Assembly: GCF_024521635.1 (NCBI RefSeq) | Contig: NW_026250404.1 | Location: 2,232,001-2,296,000 of the forward strand | DNA from: Tricharina praecox | Lineage: Eukaryota | DNA length: 64,000 nucleotides | Direction of reading: 5' to 3' | Shown: positions 23,146 to 36,553 of the stretch, piece after piece | Position numbering within the stretch: position 1 is the first letter of the stretch | Layout: every line of letters starts with the position of its first letter | The notes under the pieces: model-generated | Database searches by the model: none | Seen by the model: only the letters and a program-made list of their open reading frames with translations | Told to the model about the DNA's origin: nothing | Translations under genes and position numbers: made by a program

Positions 23146-23912
23146 TGCTGCAGTTGCAGTTGCAGTTTCAGATCGTGTCGGATTGCAGCGGCGATGCGAC
23201 GAGGAATGAGCTCGAGACGACGAGTTCAATAGATACCGTTTAGAGTACGGGGGCCGAGACGGCGAGTACAGGCTTTGGAACTTTGATAGAGTTAGCTACT
23301 GGTGTATCACTGGTAAGATGAGAGGATAGCTATGGATATATATACCAGGTGATGGTTGTGTGTATGTATGTAGGTAAGCGCAGGGGGATGGTTGTTCTGT
23401 CACGGACCCACGGTTGGGGAGAAGCGCTGTGGGGAAGTGCTGTGGGCTGTGGTCGCAGTCTATGTAGATAGGTAGTTCAAATGCGTATACCTATACTGAT
23501 ACACAAACACTAGCGTTGCTTTGGCCACTCAAAATGAATATCGCCCAACCATAGATAAATTATCACTGGATGACGAATTCTTCACACACGGTAGAAAGTA
23601 CCATTGCCATTGCCATTGCCATTACGACCAAAGCAGATCCCTACTATAAAAGTACACAATAATCATCAACATAATAGTACCCTACCATTCTCCAACAATT
23701 ATGATCACCCGTGATAGGTATCCGCCCATGATGTCCATCAACTCAACAAACTGAAAATGGAAAACGACAAATGGAAAAGGAAAAGGAAAAAAAATCAAGA
23801 GGATAGGGGGGAGTATGCTTTATGAAGGCTGTCTGTGATCAGTCCCTACCAGCCAACTACCCCTGGAAAATGAAAATGTACAGAAAACAATCAATCACAC
23901 ATGAAATCTATA

Positions 23913-26900
23913 TCACGCGAACATATCCGCGACGCCTCCCAAATCTGGGCTCTTCTGTCTCTCCTCGGCATACCTCTGCTGCTGCTGCTGCTGCTGAGAC
24001 CTCCTCTCCTTCTCCACCGCAGCGCGTTGTTTGCTGGCCCGAGGCAGCTTCCCCTTCTCGCTCATTGGCACACCGCGGAGGCCATCCAGTAGTTCCAAGA
24101 ATAGCGCTCGCTGGTGGCGCGTGCTCTGTGCTACCGCTAGGCGCTTAAAACAGGAGTCCACTTTAGATTCTGTGATGCCCGGGAGGGAGAGTAGGAGATT
24201 CCTGGGTGTCTGTGATGCGGGGGAGTAGAGGAGACAAATGGTGGAAATCAACTGCGCGAGGTCCTTTTGGACATCGACGAAGTAATCTTCATGGAGTGAC
24301 TATGAAACGGGGCTATTAGCTTCTGTCGAAATGCAAGGTGGGGGAAGGTGGGCTCACGTCTACAGCCGCCATCAGCACTTCACGGCAGATAAACTCTCGG
24401 ATATCCGCACGGTCCGCGCGGAATTCTGGCACGATAGACCTAAAGACGCGAATGATGATACCACAACATCTTGAATCGCGCATGCGCAGGGCGTGGGTGC
24501 AAAACAGGATGAGCGGCTCCAAGACAACATCACTGGAGAGGATGAATTCCCGCATAGTTGGTTCTCCTGACTGGCTCGCCTCCATTTCCGGTAGCGCAAG
24601 GTGGGGCAGCATATTCGCGTTTGCGAGGTTCGTTTCCCCAGGCCGCTGAGGATCCAGCAATCCTGCCACGATCAATACCGCCGTGTAGGTGAGTTGCCGC
24701 AGGATACTCTCCTCTTTCATCTCCTCGGCCAGCTGCGCCTCTCCACCTTGCGATATTTGTCCTTTCTCGATCAACTCATTCCACTCCCCGCTCACTTTTG
24801 CGTCAACTTGGGTGAAGAGACTGGCGAGTAGGGGTGTCAGGAAGTGCTGTCGATAAGGTACAGGACAGTCATCGATGATGTATCGCGTCATGTTGAGCAA
24901 AATCGACATTTGGTGCGAGCTCAGCGCATGCGCATCGGAGAATAGAGCCATAGCAAGAGGCCCGGGAAGCTCCTCCAACCCGTAGAAATGCACGTCAAGC
25001 CGCGACATACACCAGAGAATTGAGTAACACGATTCACGAACCATGCGAATGGCGCCCCTGATAGAGGACGCAAGACCTTCCATGGTTGTTTTGGTCTTTG
25101 TTACATTCTCGTAGAAGTCGTCTCTGCTGCCGGTTGAGATACCGGCTTGCCAAAACCGATCGGTAAGGATCTTCTTCACGACTGGCTGAAGTTCTAGAGG
25201 AAGGCCTTGCCAATTTTGGGGGTTATGGAATCCATGTGCATTACTGTTGCCCAAGTCAACATCGCCTCACGCAATAGGATCGAAGGAAACTAACCTCATG
25301 AAACTCAACAAGTTCGGCAAGATCATAGGGATCGCATCATGCCACAAGCTGCAAGAGATATTGTAGGCGTTTGACGGGCGTTTCAGTTTCTCCGTGGATA
25401 CAGCGATGAATGCCTTTGTAGCGCGGATCGGAAGTGTCTATCATTGTAAGCACACCAACTATTTTTGAATACATGGTGGTGAAGCCATACCTTGAACTTC
25501 TCTGTGAGCTCGTTCTGCAGTGCCTGGCCTTCAGTATCTAGTGGATGGTTCGAAAAGTCGGGAATCTCATGCACCCGCCGTGATATCAGATATTCCTGAA
25601 CTTTGTCCAACCCCAGTAGTTGACAGAACCCTTGGAAAGACCGCAAAGCCTCCGTCAAGTTAGGATCTGACCAGCCTTGTTTCACTGGCACGATGTAACT
25701 TTCGAGTCTTTGTTTCCGTATTTCCGGGTCTATGTTCTTTGTGCGATGGCTATGACTTCTGTCAGCGCGATTTCCGGCAGTGACAAAATCCCACCTACTT
25801 GATAGTGAAGAGGAATGTATGAAAAGCGATCTTCGTCCGGTCGTCGACGCCATCACCCGCAGCAATCTCGTTGATCTTGCTCTGCAGCTGATCGTAAACG
25901 ACCATGAGATGATCTGGCATCTTCATCGCTAACCGTTGAATCTCCGTCGTGCAGATGTTCATGAGTTCTTTGAGCGCATCCGTGTAACCATGGTTAGCAG
26001 GGTACTCGGCCGGTCGTGTCAGCAGAATGTGCTCAAGAATCTTCAGCATGAGATCTGGCCTGTTATCAAGGGCTGTTGTGGAAAAGGTAACCATCAATTG
26101 GATAACTCGTCGTTTTATCATTGGATCCTCAAAAATTTTGGCCAGAAGCTGTTCACACCAGGTTTCCAGGTTCCGTTCCAGGGGCTCCTTGTTGTTGTCC
26201 TATACGGCAGGTTAACCCACTAAAGTCCAAAGGAAGTACATACGTTTCGATCAAACTTACCAGTACGGGCTCGAGCGCATTATTGTCAGCCCATTTCATG
26301 TAGCCTTTGAGTGCAGCCTCAACAACAGAAAACTGAGAATCCACCCGTAGGAATTCCATAGAGTTCTTCTTGTACCGGTCAACTACATAATGAAACAGAT
26401 TAGACGACAGCCATACGTTGTAGAATTGCGTATCTTACAGGCAAACGGTGGTTCCGATGCATAAAGCGAGCCGAGAGTGTTATCGACATTGCCCATTATG
26501 AAAGGGAACGCTTCGAAGGGTCTCCGTCTAGTGATGCTCTCCACTATACTACTGCAGAAGCGTCTGTAGTTCCCTAGGAATGCATGGCGCTCCGGAATCG
26601 TGTCCAGGTCTTCATTGAGGAATACTACACTGGGAATCTTGCTGTCTTCTTCCATATTTTCGTACTGAAATGTCACCAATCAGCAATGTTGTGTTTAATA
26701 TTTTCGCGATCTTGAGGGCGAGGAATAAAATACACACCCTGATCAGCCTGGAAGTTGCCAGTTCCAATAGCTGAGCGGTGAAAGGCTGTACGACATCAAT
26801 CTGGCCTAGAGTCTCCGACCTAAGGATCTTAGTCCAGAGATTCAATGCCGGGATAGATATCGCAAGACTGTCGTGGCTGGAGATCAGGAAGGCTAAGTTG

Positions 26901-28288
26901 AGGAAACCAGGCAAATCGAGCTCATTTGGTAGCGAGTTAGCCCGATCCTCAATAAAACCCCCGAGGTTGGCAATCATCTGTGAGAAAAGTTACCAGGTCA
27001 GCTTTCTCTGGGACTTCCTCATCTGCTCTTCCACCACGACAGTCGCAATCACATGGAACTGTCTACCTCGGAAAATTTCTTCAGGAACAGATACCGTTCT
27101 TCGTCAATGTCGCTTGCATCAACTCGTACCCAATTGAAGATGTTTTTTAGAAGGTCTACAGTCTGAGAATGATACATTGGGCAGACAAGGCTCTGAAAGT
27201 CATCATCCTCGAAAAAAGGCTTTGAAAAAAGCGTGTGAAGACACTCTGTGGCGATCTGTACCATCAGCTTTTGAAGTGCGGAGGAGAAAAGGAGATGGTG
27301 GACTAGGTGAGCCGGGTATCTACCATCTGTACTGCCGTACTCTCAACCATCAGTGATCTCCCGACGGTTTCGACGACTTTAGATGCGGATACAGCCCTAG
27401 GGAAAGCAATCTCATGGTCAGCTATGGGTAAATTCACAGGAAAAGACGGTCAGGGGTGGCGCATGCGCACTTTGGTATGGACCATCCCATGCAAGCCTTC
27501 AGTACGCTCAGAATCTTGATGGAGCATGCTTCCGCCTCGGAATCCTTGTTCACACCCGCCTCGAGGGCTTCATCCAGCAGACGGACAAGTCTCACGAGCC
27601 AACCATCGTCTCCGCGGCGTGTCACGGTGCTTGGTTCTCTCTGAGGATAATAAGTATCGAAGACACTCAGAGGCGTGAAGACGTCAAAACAGGCTTTGCT
27701 CAACGGTGTATTCCTCAACCCAGCTACCGAATCCTCACGGTTGAAGACATCATCTACCAACGTTTCCAGAATGAATAGTACGAGGTCCCTCTGTGCAGCA
27801 TTTGGTTGTCTTGCGGCATTGTCCCAAAGTCTCACCAGCAACTCGTCCATATCCAGCCATTCATTATCCCACATCCGCTTGGCCACCTCCACCCAGAGTT
27901 GCGCGATCTTGTTCCTCAGGTAGACTGGGTCGTTGTTGTCGATATTCTCGGCCAGGGACAAGATCCAGTTTCTAACCGTAATGCTCTCGGTGACAGTGTA
28001 GTCAGGCCAGGAGTACCGGATCGCATTCTCCAGTAGCAGCAGGCCGAAATGTCTCACTACCGGTTCCAGGGTTTTATCGTGCGCGAGTTTGAAGCCATGG
28101 AACGGCGCTTCCTTTTCGCTCTTTGCAGCCTCTAGGAAGGCTCCAGCCTGCTTCCGGTCATCGTTGCTCGACTGCGGGCTGTAGACGATATGTAAGGCTT
28201 GCTTGAGCTGGTGTAGGGGCTGCGACTGTTGACCTCCGGCACCGTTTTCCGTCGTTGGCGCAGCAGATGCACCACCACCACCGTTCAT
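23913..28288 (-). CDS. MSN5: Karyopherin Msn5 / exportin-5 (importin-beta family), multi-exon
   Basis: IBN_N/Xpo1-like N terminus (QALHIVYSPQSSNDDRKQAGAFLE, VRHFGLLLLENAIRYSW, LRNKIAQLWVEVAKRMW). Later exons carry DRFWQAGISTGSRDDFY and EMKEESILRQLT. Confidence 0.9.
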
Positions 28289-29849
28289 GGTATCGAGAGA
28301 AGGGCGGGATTCTTTTGTGACGGAAAAAGGGTACGACGCGGAGAACGTAAAGCGACCTAGGCACGGGGCAAGATGGGGGGTTGAGTGGGGCTGGTCGAGT
28401 GGGGTTGCACTGAGCACGGCGCTGTTTATAGGTTCTAGAGCTTTGGCGGCGGCGGCTTCGGATTTCTGACGATTAATGACGGGATGCGCGGGTTCGGGGT
28501 GAATGGGTATTTTTTTTCCTTTTTGTGAAGAATCAAGGGATGAAGGAATGAAGCGCGATGGATGGCGATTGGTGATTCCAGGGGGTTCGGTTTGCGTGGG
28601 AGGCAGTTGGCGGGTTCGAGTTGGCAGCTTTCCGGGAGACGCGAGTTATGGGGGGGGTGGGGTCAGAGAAGTGGAGAAGACTTTCAAAAGCGGGACAACA
28701 CGCGTGCGGAGCCCAATAGGATGGGTTGCAGGGGTTGGCGAGCTTGAGACTTTGAGCGGAGACTATTGCGCTGCGCAAGGCCGGATCGGAGCACAAGGGA
28801 TCGCTGAGCGGGGGAGGTGTCTCTGCGGAGCTCCAGCCGACGGGATCGAGCAGGCATCTCTGCTCCCTCGGGCTGTTGATCTGGGGCGGTCACCTTTCTG
28901 CTGGACTCCGCGGCGGTGATTCTGGGCCCCGTCAAAAGCGCCGCATAGCGCCACACTGTGGCGCGGAGTTCCTCACTGCAAACAAATTAGGTACTGTACT
29001 ATGGACCATCGGATGAGAGGATACCTATGCCATTGGACGCATCCTGTCGACCGATAACTACTCTAAGTACAGTCATTCGATATTCCGCTAAGGCCGAGCG
29101 AGCGAACGACGTGATTGTCCTTATAATACCGTCGCGATCAACCGTGAAAACTGTGGCGGGAGCCATCATCGTTTCACCTGGTACAGCGAAATCCAATCAT
29201 GGTGAATGTCTACGGTATTGCGACACGACGGATGCTGGGTAGGAGCTAGTTCCAGCATGTGTCCGAGAGCCGACATCGAGATGAGCGGCCGTCGTGGGCG
29301 CCGCCGTGGTCCACAGCACTGTCCACTAGCCAGGTGATTGGATCAAAGATTAGATCCATGGCTGAAGCGCATTCACCGTGCCCTAGGTACCGTACTGCGC
29401 GGCAGCCTGCCCGGTCCGAAACACACCAACAGTATTCCGGTAACTCTAAGACGGGACAGGGGAGATATGAGTAATTCGGAGATGGAGAAAGAGTCATACA
29501 CTGAGAATCCTGGAGATATTATAACTCTATTGGTACGGTGGCCGGTTAAAGTTGAAGCCATTCGATTGGCCACAAGGAGCCAGAGACTTGAGACAGTGGC
29601 TCACTCGAGTTCGCCAGCCACACCCACCCACCAGCAACCACTGACGTTTGTGGCGCAATTTTAGAGGTATGTGCTAACCTTTGTTGTGATCGCTTCGCTT
29701 GCCCCGCGTCTGTCTGCACCGCATCAAACCGCCCAACTACAAAGAGCCACTCTGAGACCCAAACCAATCCACTTCACCTCGACCCCTCTTCTCCTCCATA
29801 CGCGTACGAACCTTCCCAGACATACAGAAAGACACCGTAAAGCGAAGCC

Positions 29850-32560
29850 ATGTTCGTCCTCAGGAATCTGGGGAAGTTCGTCTTTGGCGACTCGACGAAG
29901 CAGGATATCATACAGCTCGACCAGGGACAGCTGTATATTGTCCGGCCGCATTCCGTGAAGGGATATAGCGAGTGCATGTAAGTGGAATACAATATTCTAG
30001 TATTGGTGATGTCTCTTCCCCCAAACCCTACGTGACTGATGTGTTTTGCGCCTACGATACAGATTCAAAGATGCGCAAGCCACCATCCGACGGACGTCGA
30101 CCCAGTATCACTACCAGCTTGTCATCCAGCGCGCCTTCGAAGAGGGTGAGGAGCAGTTGATCGATGATGCCGAGGACTCGGATGACACCAGGGACGAAAA
30201 GACCTTCTTGTTGGACGAGAGTCTGCACATGAGATCGGCCGTGAGGGACGGCCACGCTGTGTTCGCATGGCGAGACTTGAGCGGTGTAAGAAAAATAGCG
30301 AGCTGATACCGGAGGCATTGGTGCTGATCGTGTCTGCAGGACCCAGGCGACGTCTACGAGTTCGTTTGCGATACGACCGTTCAGCCGAGCTCGATCCAGA
30401 CATTCGAGGTTGTTTCCATGCAGTGCCAGTTCGAGCGCAAGTACAAGCGCAGCTACGAGACCGCCACCGAGAAGGAGTTGAACCAGTTCATCTTCACGTT
30501 TGTGCTACCAACTCGAGACACTACTCGGCGTGGATGATGGGAACTGACGGTGTGGTTGATCCATTAGGGATAGTCCGATTCCCCCAGCTTCACCGGTGGC
30601 CACTCCGCCCAATACCTCAAATGCTGGGTCGCCCGTTGGTGCATCCAAAGTTCCCGCTGCCCCCGCTGCCCCCGTTGCTCCCGCTAGGAACACTAGGAGA
30701 CCGAAGCAACCGGAAACGGTGACTCCCGAGGTTGTCGCCACAGTCACCCCGAAGACAAAGTCCGCCCCTGAGGCCTTGGATGTGTTCTGTACGGAGAAGG
30801 CGGAGTTGCATCTCTTTGATCTTGCAAGCGGAACCTTCGTGCTCCAAGACTCCGAGGCTACAGCGGTTGTCAGCGAGGTGGGGAAGTGGCAGTGTAAGCT
30901 ATTCTGTCTGGAGCAAACTCGATCGTTCCAACTGACGAGTGGATTCTAGATTGGTTACAGATTGAGGGTCCTGAGCAGGCTCATGTTGGAATACCCGTGA
31001 TCGCAGACATCAACCCTGTGTTCAACTTCGAATACCTATCGTTCATCTTCAACCAGTACGACTTCGAGAATGGCTCCGCCTTCTCGTGGCTTCTCCGCTT
31101 CAAGGATTACGAGACTGAGGAGCGCTTCCAGGAGGGCTTGATGCGCGCGCTCTGGGAACAGCTGAACGAGCAGAAGTGGGCCAAATTCAAAGACCAGGAC
31201 CGCGAGTACGTCATGGATGCGTTCAACGATCTCACCATGGACGATGCGCCGCAAGAGGCCGATGAAGACGAGTTCTATGAGTATGAGAATGAGGACGAAG
31301 AGCAGCTTCAGGACGATGAAGGCAGTCGGAGCGAGGAGTACGACACTGACGAGGATGAGGACGATAAGCATGTGCGCAACATCAATGACGATGGGGACGA
31401 GAACAGCCAGTTGGCCGTCGGGTTCAAGCATGATCGGAGCTTTGTCGTCCGTGGAAACAAGATTGGCGTTTTCAAGCACGTTGGTGATAACGGTTTAGAG
31501 TTTTCCACCACCATCAACAGTGTTAAAACGCCCAAGGGCAAGGGATTTGTGCCTTCCAAGGTGAGTTCAGCAACCAGCTGTGTAGCAATAGTGATCGTCG
31601 TCTAATGCATATTTCTTTCAGGTGATGCTTCACGAGGGCGACAGCAGCATGATCATGCAGGACGAGACGAACCCTCACAATCTATACCGTATGGACCTCG
31701 AGTACGGCAAGGTCGTCGACGATTGGAAGATTCACGACGACATCCCAGTCAAAGTCTTCGCACCAGAGAAAAAGTTCTCTCAGATGACAGGTGAGAAGAC
31801 ATTCCTCGGACTATCCAACAACGCCCTCTTCCGCATCGACCCACGTCTTTCCGGCGACAAACTTGTCGATTCCGAGCTCAAGCAATACGTCACCAAGAAT
31901 GACTTCTCCGCCGCCGCCACAACCGAAAACGGCTACATCGCAGTTGCCTCCAACAAGGGTGATATCCGTCTCTTCGACCGCCTGGGCATCAACGCAAAGA
32001 CGCTCCTTCCTGCCCTCGGTGAGGCTATCGATGGCCTCGACGTCTCCAAGAACGGCCGCTACGTCCTCGCCACCTGCAAAACCTACCTCCTCCTCATCGA
32101 CACCCTCCAGACCGGTAAAAACGAGGGCAAGCTCGGCTTCCAAAAAGCCTTCCCGAAAGACGAGAAGCCCAAGCCGCGCCGCCTCACCCTCAACCCCATG
32201 CACGTGGCGCAAATGCAAGCGGAAACCAAATCGCCGCTCTCCTTCACCACCGCCAAGTTCAACACGGGCGTAGACGCCAACGAGACGGCAATCATCACCT
32301 CTACCGGGCCCTTCGTCGTCACCTGGAACCTCAAGCGCGCCCTGGCCGGAAAGCGCGATCCCTACCAGATCAAACGCTACCAGGAGGAGGTCAAGGCTGA
32401 CAACTTCCGCTTTGGCTCCGATAAGTCCGTCGTCGTCGCCTTCGCCAACGAGGTCGACATGGTCCGCAAACAGACGTTCTCAAAGCCGTCGCGCGAGAGC
32501 ATCAGCACCCCCGTAAGGCAGCTGAGGAATAGAAATGCGATCGTTGATAGTCCTTACTAA
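29850..32560 (+). CDS. VID27: Vacuolar import and degradation protein 27 (PH-like plus beta-propeller), multi-exon
   Basis: MFVLRNLGKFVFGD..IIQLDQGQLYIVRP, NSQLAVGFKHDRSFVVRGNKIGVF, LYRMDLEYGKVVDDW, GDIRLFDRLGINAKT, DNFRFGSDK. Confidence 0.95.
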
Positions 32561-32729
32561 GTAAACCAGCTACCTAGATCTGGATATGGCGTGGGCAGGG
32601 GAAGGGGAATCTGGAGGGGATTTGTGCGGGCGTTCAATTTGTGTGCTGTTTACTACTCCGCTGGCTGTGCTTTTAACGTTCGTTGAAATTGTTCTTCTTT
32701 TCCCCTTAACCGCTAGGTACTCTACTTCA

Positions 32730-32825
32730 ATGGATTGGAATGGAATGGATGGAATGGATGGGGTATGGGTATGGGTATGATGATGAATGGATAGGGTATG
32801 GGTATGGGTATGATGATGAATGGAA
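32730..32825. repeat. Short compound repeat (GGAAT/GGAT, GGGTAT, duplicated GGGTATGATGATGAATGGA)
   Basis: Seen directly in the VID27 3' region. Confidence 0.7.
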
Positions 32826-33219
32826 CGGGACCGTCCGACCGCCATACACCTAACCTACACATCTGATATGTATCCTTCAGGCATCGTGCGTGAAAACAAA
32901 TCAAAACGCAACCTTCCCCCCATCATCAACACTTCACACCACACCTAAAGTACACCTCCCCTCCCCTCCCCTCCCCTCGCCCACGCACATCTTTCTTCAC
33001 CTCATCTCATCTCATCTCATCTCAATACCATTGCCATGCTTGCCCTGTACCTATACCAAACACCGCTGGTAATACAACAACACCCAGTCGAACCCAACCG
33101 AGAACGAGAAAAAAAAAAGAAAATGCAACATAGCAAAAATCAAACCCCCTTCACCCCCCTCCTCCTTTCATTCCCCCTTCATTCCCCCCCTCCTCCCCGT
33201 CCCCTGAAGTAGAAATAAC

Positions 33220-34957
33220 TTAAACACCGAGCAACAACCGCCGGGGGTCCTCAATGTAGTTCTTGATCTTGACGAGGAACGTGACGGCCTCCTTTCCGTC
33301 GAGCAGACGGTGGTCGTAGGTAAGCGCGACAACCATGATCGGACGGATTTTGACTTCGCCGTTGATGGCTACGGGCTTCTCCTTGATCGTGTGCAGCCCC
33401 AGCACCGCCGTCTGCGGGAGGTTGATGATGGGTGTTCCGAAGAGGGAGCTGGGGTCGGTTGTTAGTGAGACTGGGGGGAGGGGGGGTGAAACTGGGGGAG
33501 GGGGGGAGGGGGGGAGGAGGCTTACCCAAAGACGCCTCCGTTGGAAATGGTAAACGTTCCGCCGGCCATGTCCTCGATGGTGAGCTTTCCTTCGCGCGCC
33601 TTCTTTCCGAGCTCGGCGATCGCCGCCTCGATGCCGATCATGTCGAGGCCCTCAGCGTTGCGGACGATGGGGGTGACGAGACCCTTCGGGGTCGCGACAG
33701 CGACGGAGATATCGACGTAGTCGCGGTAGACGATAGTGTCGCCGCCGTTAGGGCCCTCAATGGAGGCATTGACGGCGGGGACGTCCTCCATAGCCTTGAT
33801 GACGGCGCGCGAGAAGGCACTCATGAAGCCGAGCTTGACGCCGGTCTTCTCGAGGACCGCGTCCTTGTACAGTTTCCGCATCTCCATGAGCGCCGACATG
33901 TCGATCTCGTTGAAGGTGGTGAGCGACGCCGCCGTGTTCTGCGACTCCTTCAGGCGCTCGGCGATGCGCAGCCGCATGCGGTTCATCTTTACGCGGCGCT
34001 CTTCGCGGTTGCCGAAGGGCTTGTCGCCGCTGGAGGTGGGGACGGGTGCGGCGGCCTTGGGTGCCGGCGCGGCAGGCTTGGACTGCTGCTGCTGCTGCTG
34101 CTGCTGCTGCTTGGGCGCCGGGGGTGCCGATTCTTCTTTCTTGGGTGCGGGGGCAGAGTCCTTCTTGGGCTCGGCGGGTCCCTTGACCTCCTCCTTTGCC
34201 TCGACGGCGGGCTTTTCGCCTCCCTCGGGGCGGCCGCCAGGCTGGATCTTGACAAGGTCCTGCCCGACAACTACTGTGTCCTCCTCGTTCGCCAAAAACT
34301 CAAGGATGACACCGGCCTCGGGGGAGTTCACGGCGACGTCGATCTGTACCATCATCATCATCAGTTAGCGGCCACTCCGCGGGAGCAAGCAAGCAAGTAT
34401 CAAAGTTCCACAGAAAACGCACCTTGTCGGTCTCAATAGTAGCAATCTCCTCATCTTGCTCCACGAACTCTCCAACCTCTGTAGTGAAGACAAGCCCGTC
34501 AGCATAAATCCCGCATACCCACTGTCGGAACAGGGCAAAACAAACTCTTTGAGAACTGCTTCAGGGTGCCCTCCGAGATGGACTCGGCCATCTGGGGGAC
34601 CTTAACGATTGTTTCGGCTGCGTGTGCGCAAAGTGCATGTTAGCTTGGGTCGTCAGGCAGGGTTGCGGATGTTTTCGTTTTGCGTACCATACGACCGAGT
34701 CTGGACACGCAGGATCGAGGCGGCGCTGACGAAGCGTTCCGATTTCCTGTGTGAGGTGTTAGTAAATGGAAGGGAAATGAGTGAGTGATGGCGAGGGGGA
34801 TCAGCGAAAGTTACCTCGAGACCGCAGAGATCAGTGTGCTTGAAGGAGAGCGGACGGCAACATTCGAGAACGAGCGGACGGCCGGAGCTACTGCCCGCGA
34901 GCTCAGACAGCGAGTGCTGATTGTAGGAAGACGTCGCACGGCGAGTCTAGAGGCCAT
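33220..34957 (-). CDS. KGD2: Dihydrolipoyllysine succinyltransferase, E2 of mitochondrial 2-oxoglutarate dehydrogenase, multi-exon
   Basis: Presequence [10 protein letters not shown], lipoyl domain ([27 protein letters not shown]), [42 protein letters not shown]. Confidence 0.97.
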
Positions 34958-35630
34958 GATTGCTTGCGGTGTGGAGGTGGTTTTCGGGGTGGCGGTGGTG
35001 GTTTAATGGTAGGGTGTGTGGGAGGGTGGGGGATGGGGTGTTTGTATGATGCGGGAGCGAATGGCTACGGGGATACGGGAGAGGTTGAGATGAGGCTTAT
35101 AGACGCCGTTGAAACAGGCAAAGCTGGGTTGGCTGGCAGCGCTGGGTTGGCTGGCGGTGCTGGGTAGGCTGGCAGTGCTGGGTTCACCGGAAAAAATATC
35201 GCGGATCAACTACCCGATGATGCCGAGTTGCAGCCGATGATGAGGGAGACGTCAAGAAAATCAAAGAGAATGCCCCGAAGAGGGGAGCGGAACGGAAGAG
35301 CATGGCCGCTCACTCGGCTGCTGTTCTGACTTCATTCAATCTCAAAAACAGTTGTTGTTGGGCAGACTCTGTCTGCTGGATAGACATTCCGCATGACCCT
35401 GATGATCGCGGGCAGGTGGGGAGAGCTGTGCATCAAGGCATTACTCAGCCAGGCCACCCTGTGACAGCCGAGCCAAGCGTAACTAGACGAGAGAAAGAGC
35501 CGCAACAATCTCCAATCGTCACTGCTGCTAGATCCCGTCAAGAATCAAGACCCCCCTCCAACCCCCCGTCCAGCTAAAGCTATCACTCGCCACACCTACG
35601 ATCACACCTACGACCACGCCGACCCGCAAG

Positions 35631-36176
35631 ATGTCCGCTACACGATCTGCCGTGATGTATACATCGCATCCCAATCCTGCAGCCGTGCCTCCAGCGAAGC
35701 GATGCTAATCTCACGGGTGCGGGCTCGACAGGTCGCTCTACCGGCGGGCACTCAACACGTCGCTGCACTGGACCGTTCGTCGCGACCTTTGGCGTGTGCA
35801 GGCGCTGAACATCCGCGACATGTTCGAGGCCAACCGGGACGTGACCGATCCTCGCCAGCTCAGCGTAGCCCTCCCCGCCCCGTCCTCTGCGTTCCCGTCG
35901 GACATCCGTTGACACTCGACTCTGCTCCCAGAAACTCCTCCAAGAGACCGAGAAGACGCTCCAGAAGTGGAAGCACCCCGACCCCTACGTTGCCCCGACA
36001 GCTCCCGGAGGTACGCTCTCGCCATCCCTCTCCCCTCCTACTCCGCCTCCCAAACACCAACGCGCGGGGGTTCTCGATCTAACATGCATATTTGCGCCAC
36101 AGGCTCCAAGTACGAGCGAAACATGCCGGCGCCATTCTTTACCCCTCCGCCCAAGGAGATGGTCGATGCGCTCTAG
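35631..36176 (+). CDS. NDUFB9: Complex I accessory LYR protein NDUFB9 (B22), four exons
   Basis: Spliced SLYRRALNTSLHWTVRRDLWRVQALNIRDMFEANRDVTDPRQL...WKHPDPYVAPTAPGGSKYERN. Confidence 0.93.
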
Positions 36177-36553
36177 GTGAGGACTGTAGGAGAGTGGATG
36201 CGCTGGTGTATATACTACATAGCACTCGCAAACTGGTTGCCAGCAATGGAGAATTACAACCAATCTTTGATCTTGTTCTTCCTTCCTCTAGATATCGTCT
36301 TCTTCCACACGTCGAGTGAGATATGAATTTGTTGTACGTGCTCGTTCGGATCAACCCGGGGTGTATAGTAGTGTGGTGGAGGAGAGCCTCGCCCACAACC
36401 CTCGCGAGGCGCTACATACCAGAACATGCTAGCACTCTCCGCGTCGCACGACAACAGCCACGGCCAGAACGATCATAAAGAACGACGTCGCGGCACCACG
36501 ACCCCCCCTCGAAACGTTCTCCCCGCCGAGGCCTGTCGCACCCGCATCCAAGA

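Noticed and set aside
33432..34439. 335-aa plus-strand ORF and similar long antisense ORFs over GH92, VID27, H2B and H1
   Set aside because: Shadow frames produced by strong GC3 codon bias of the real genes.
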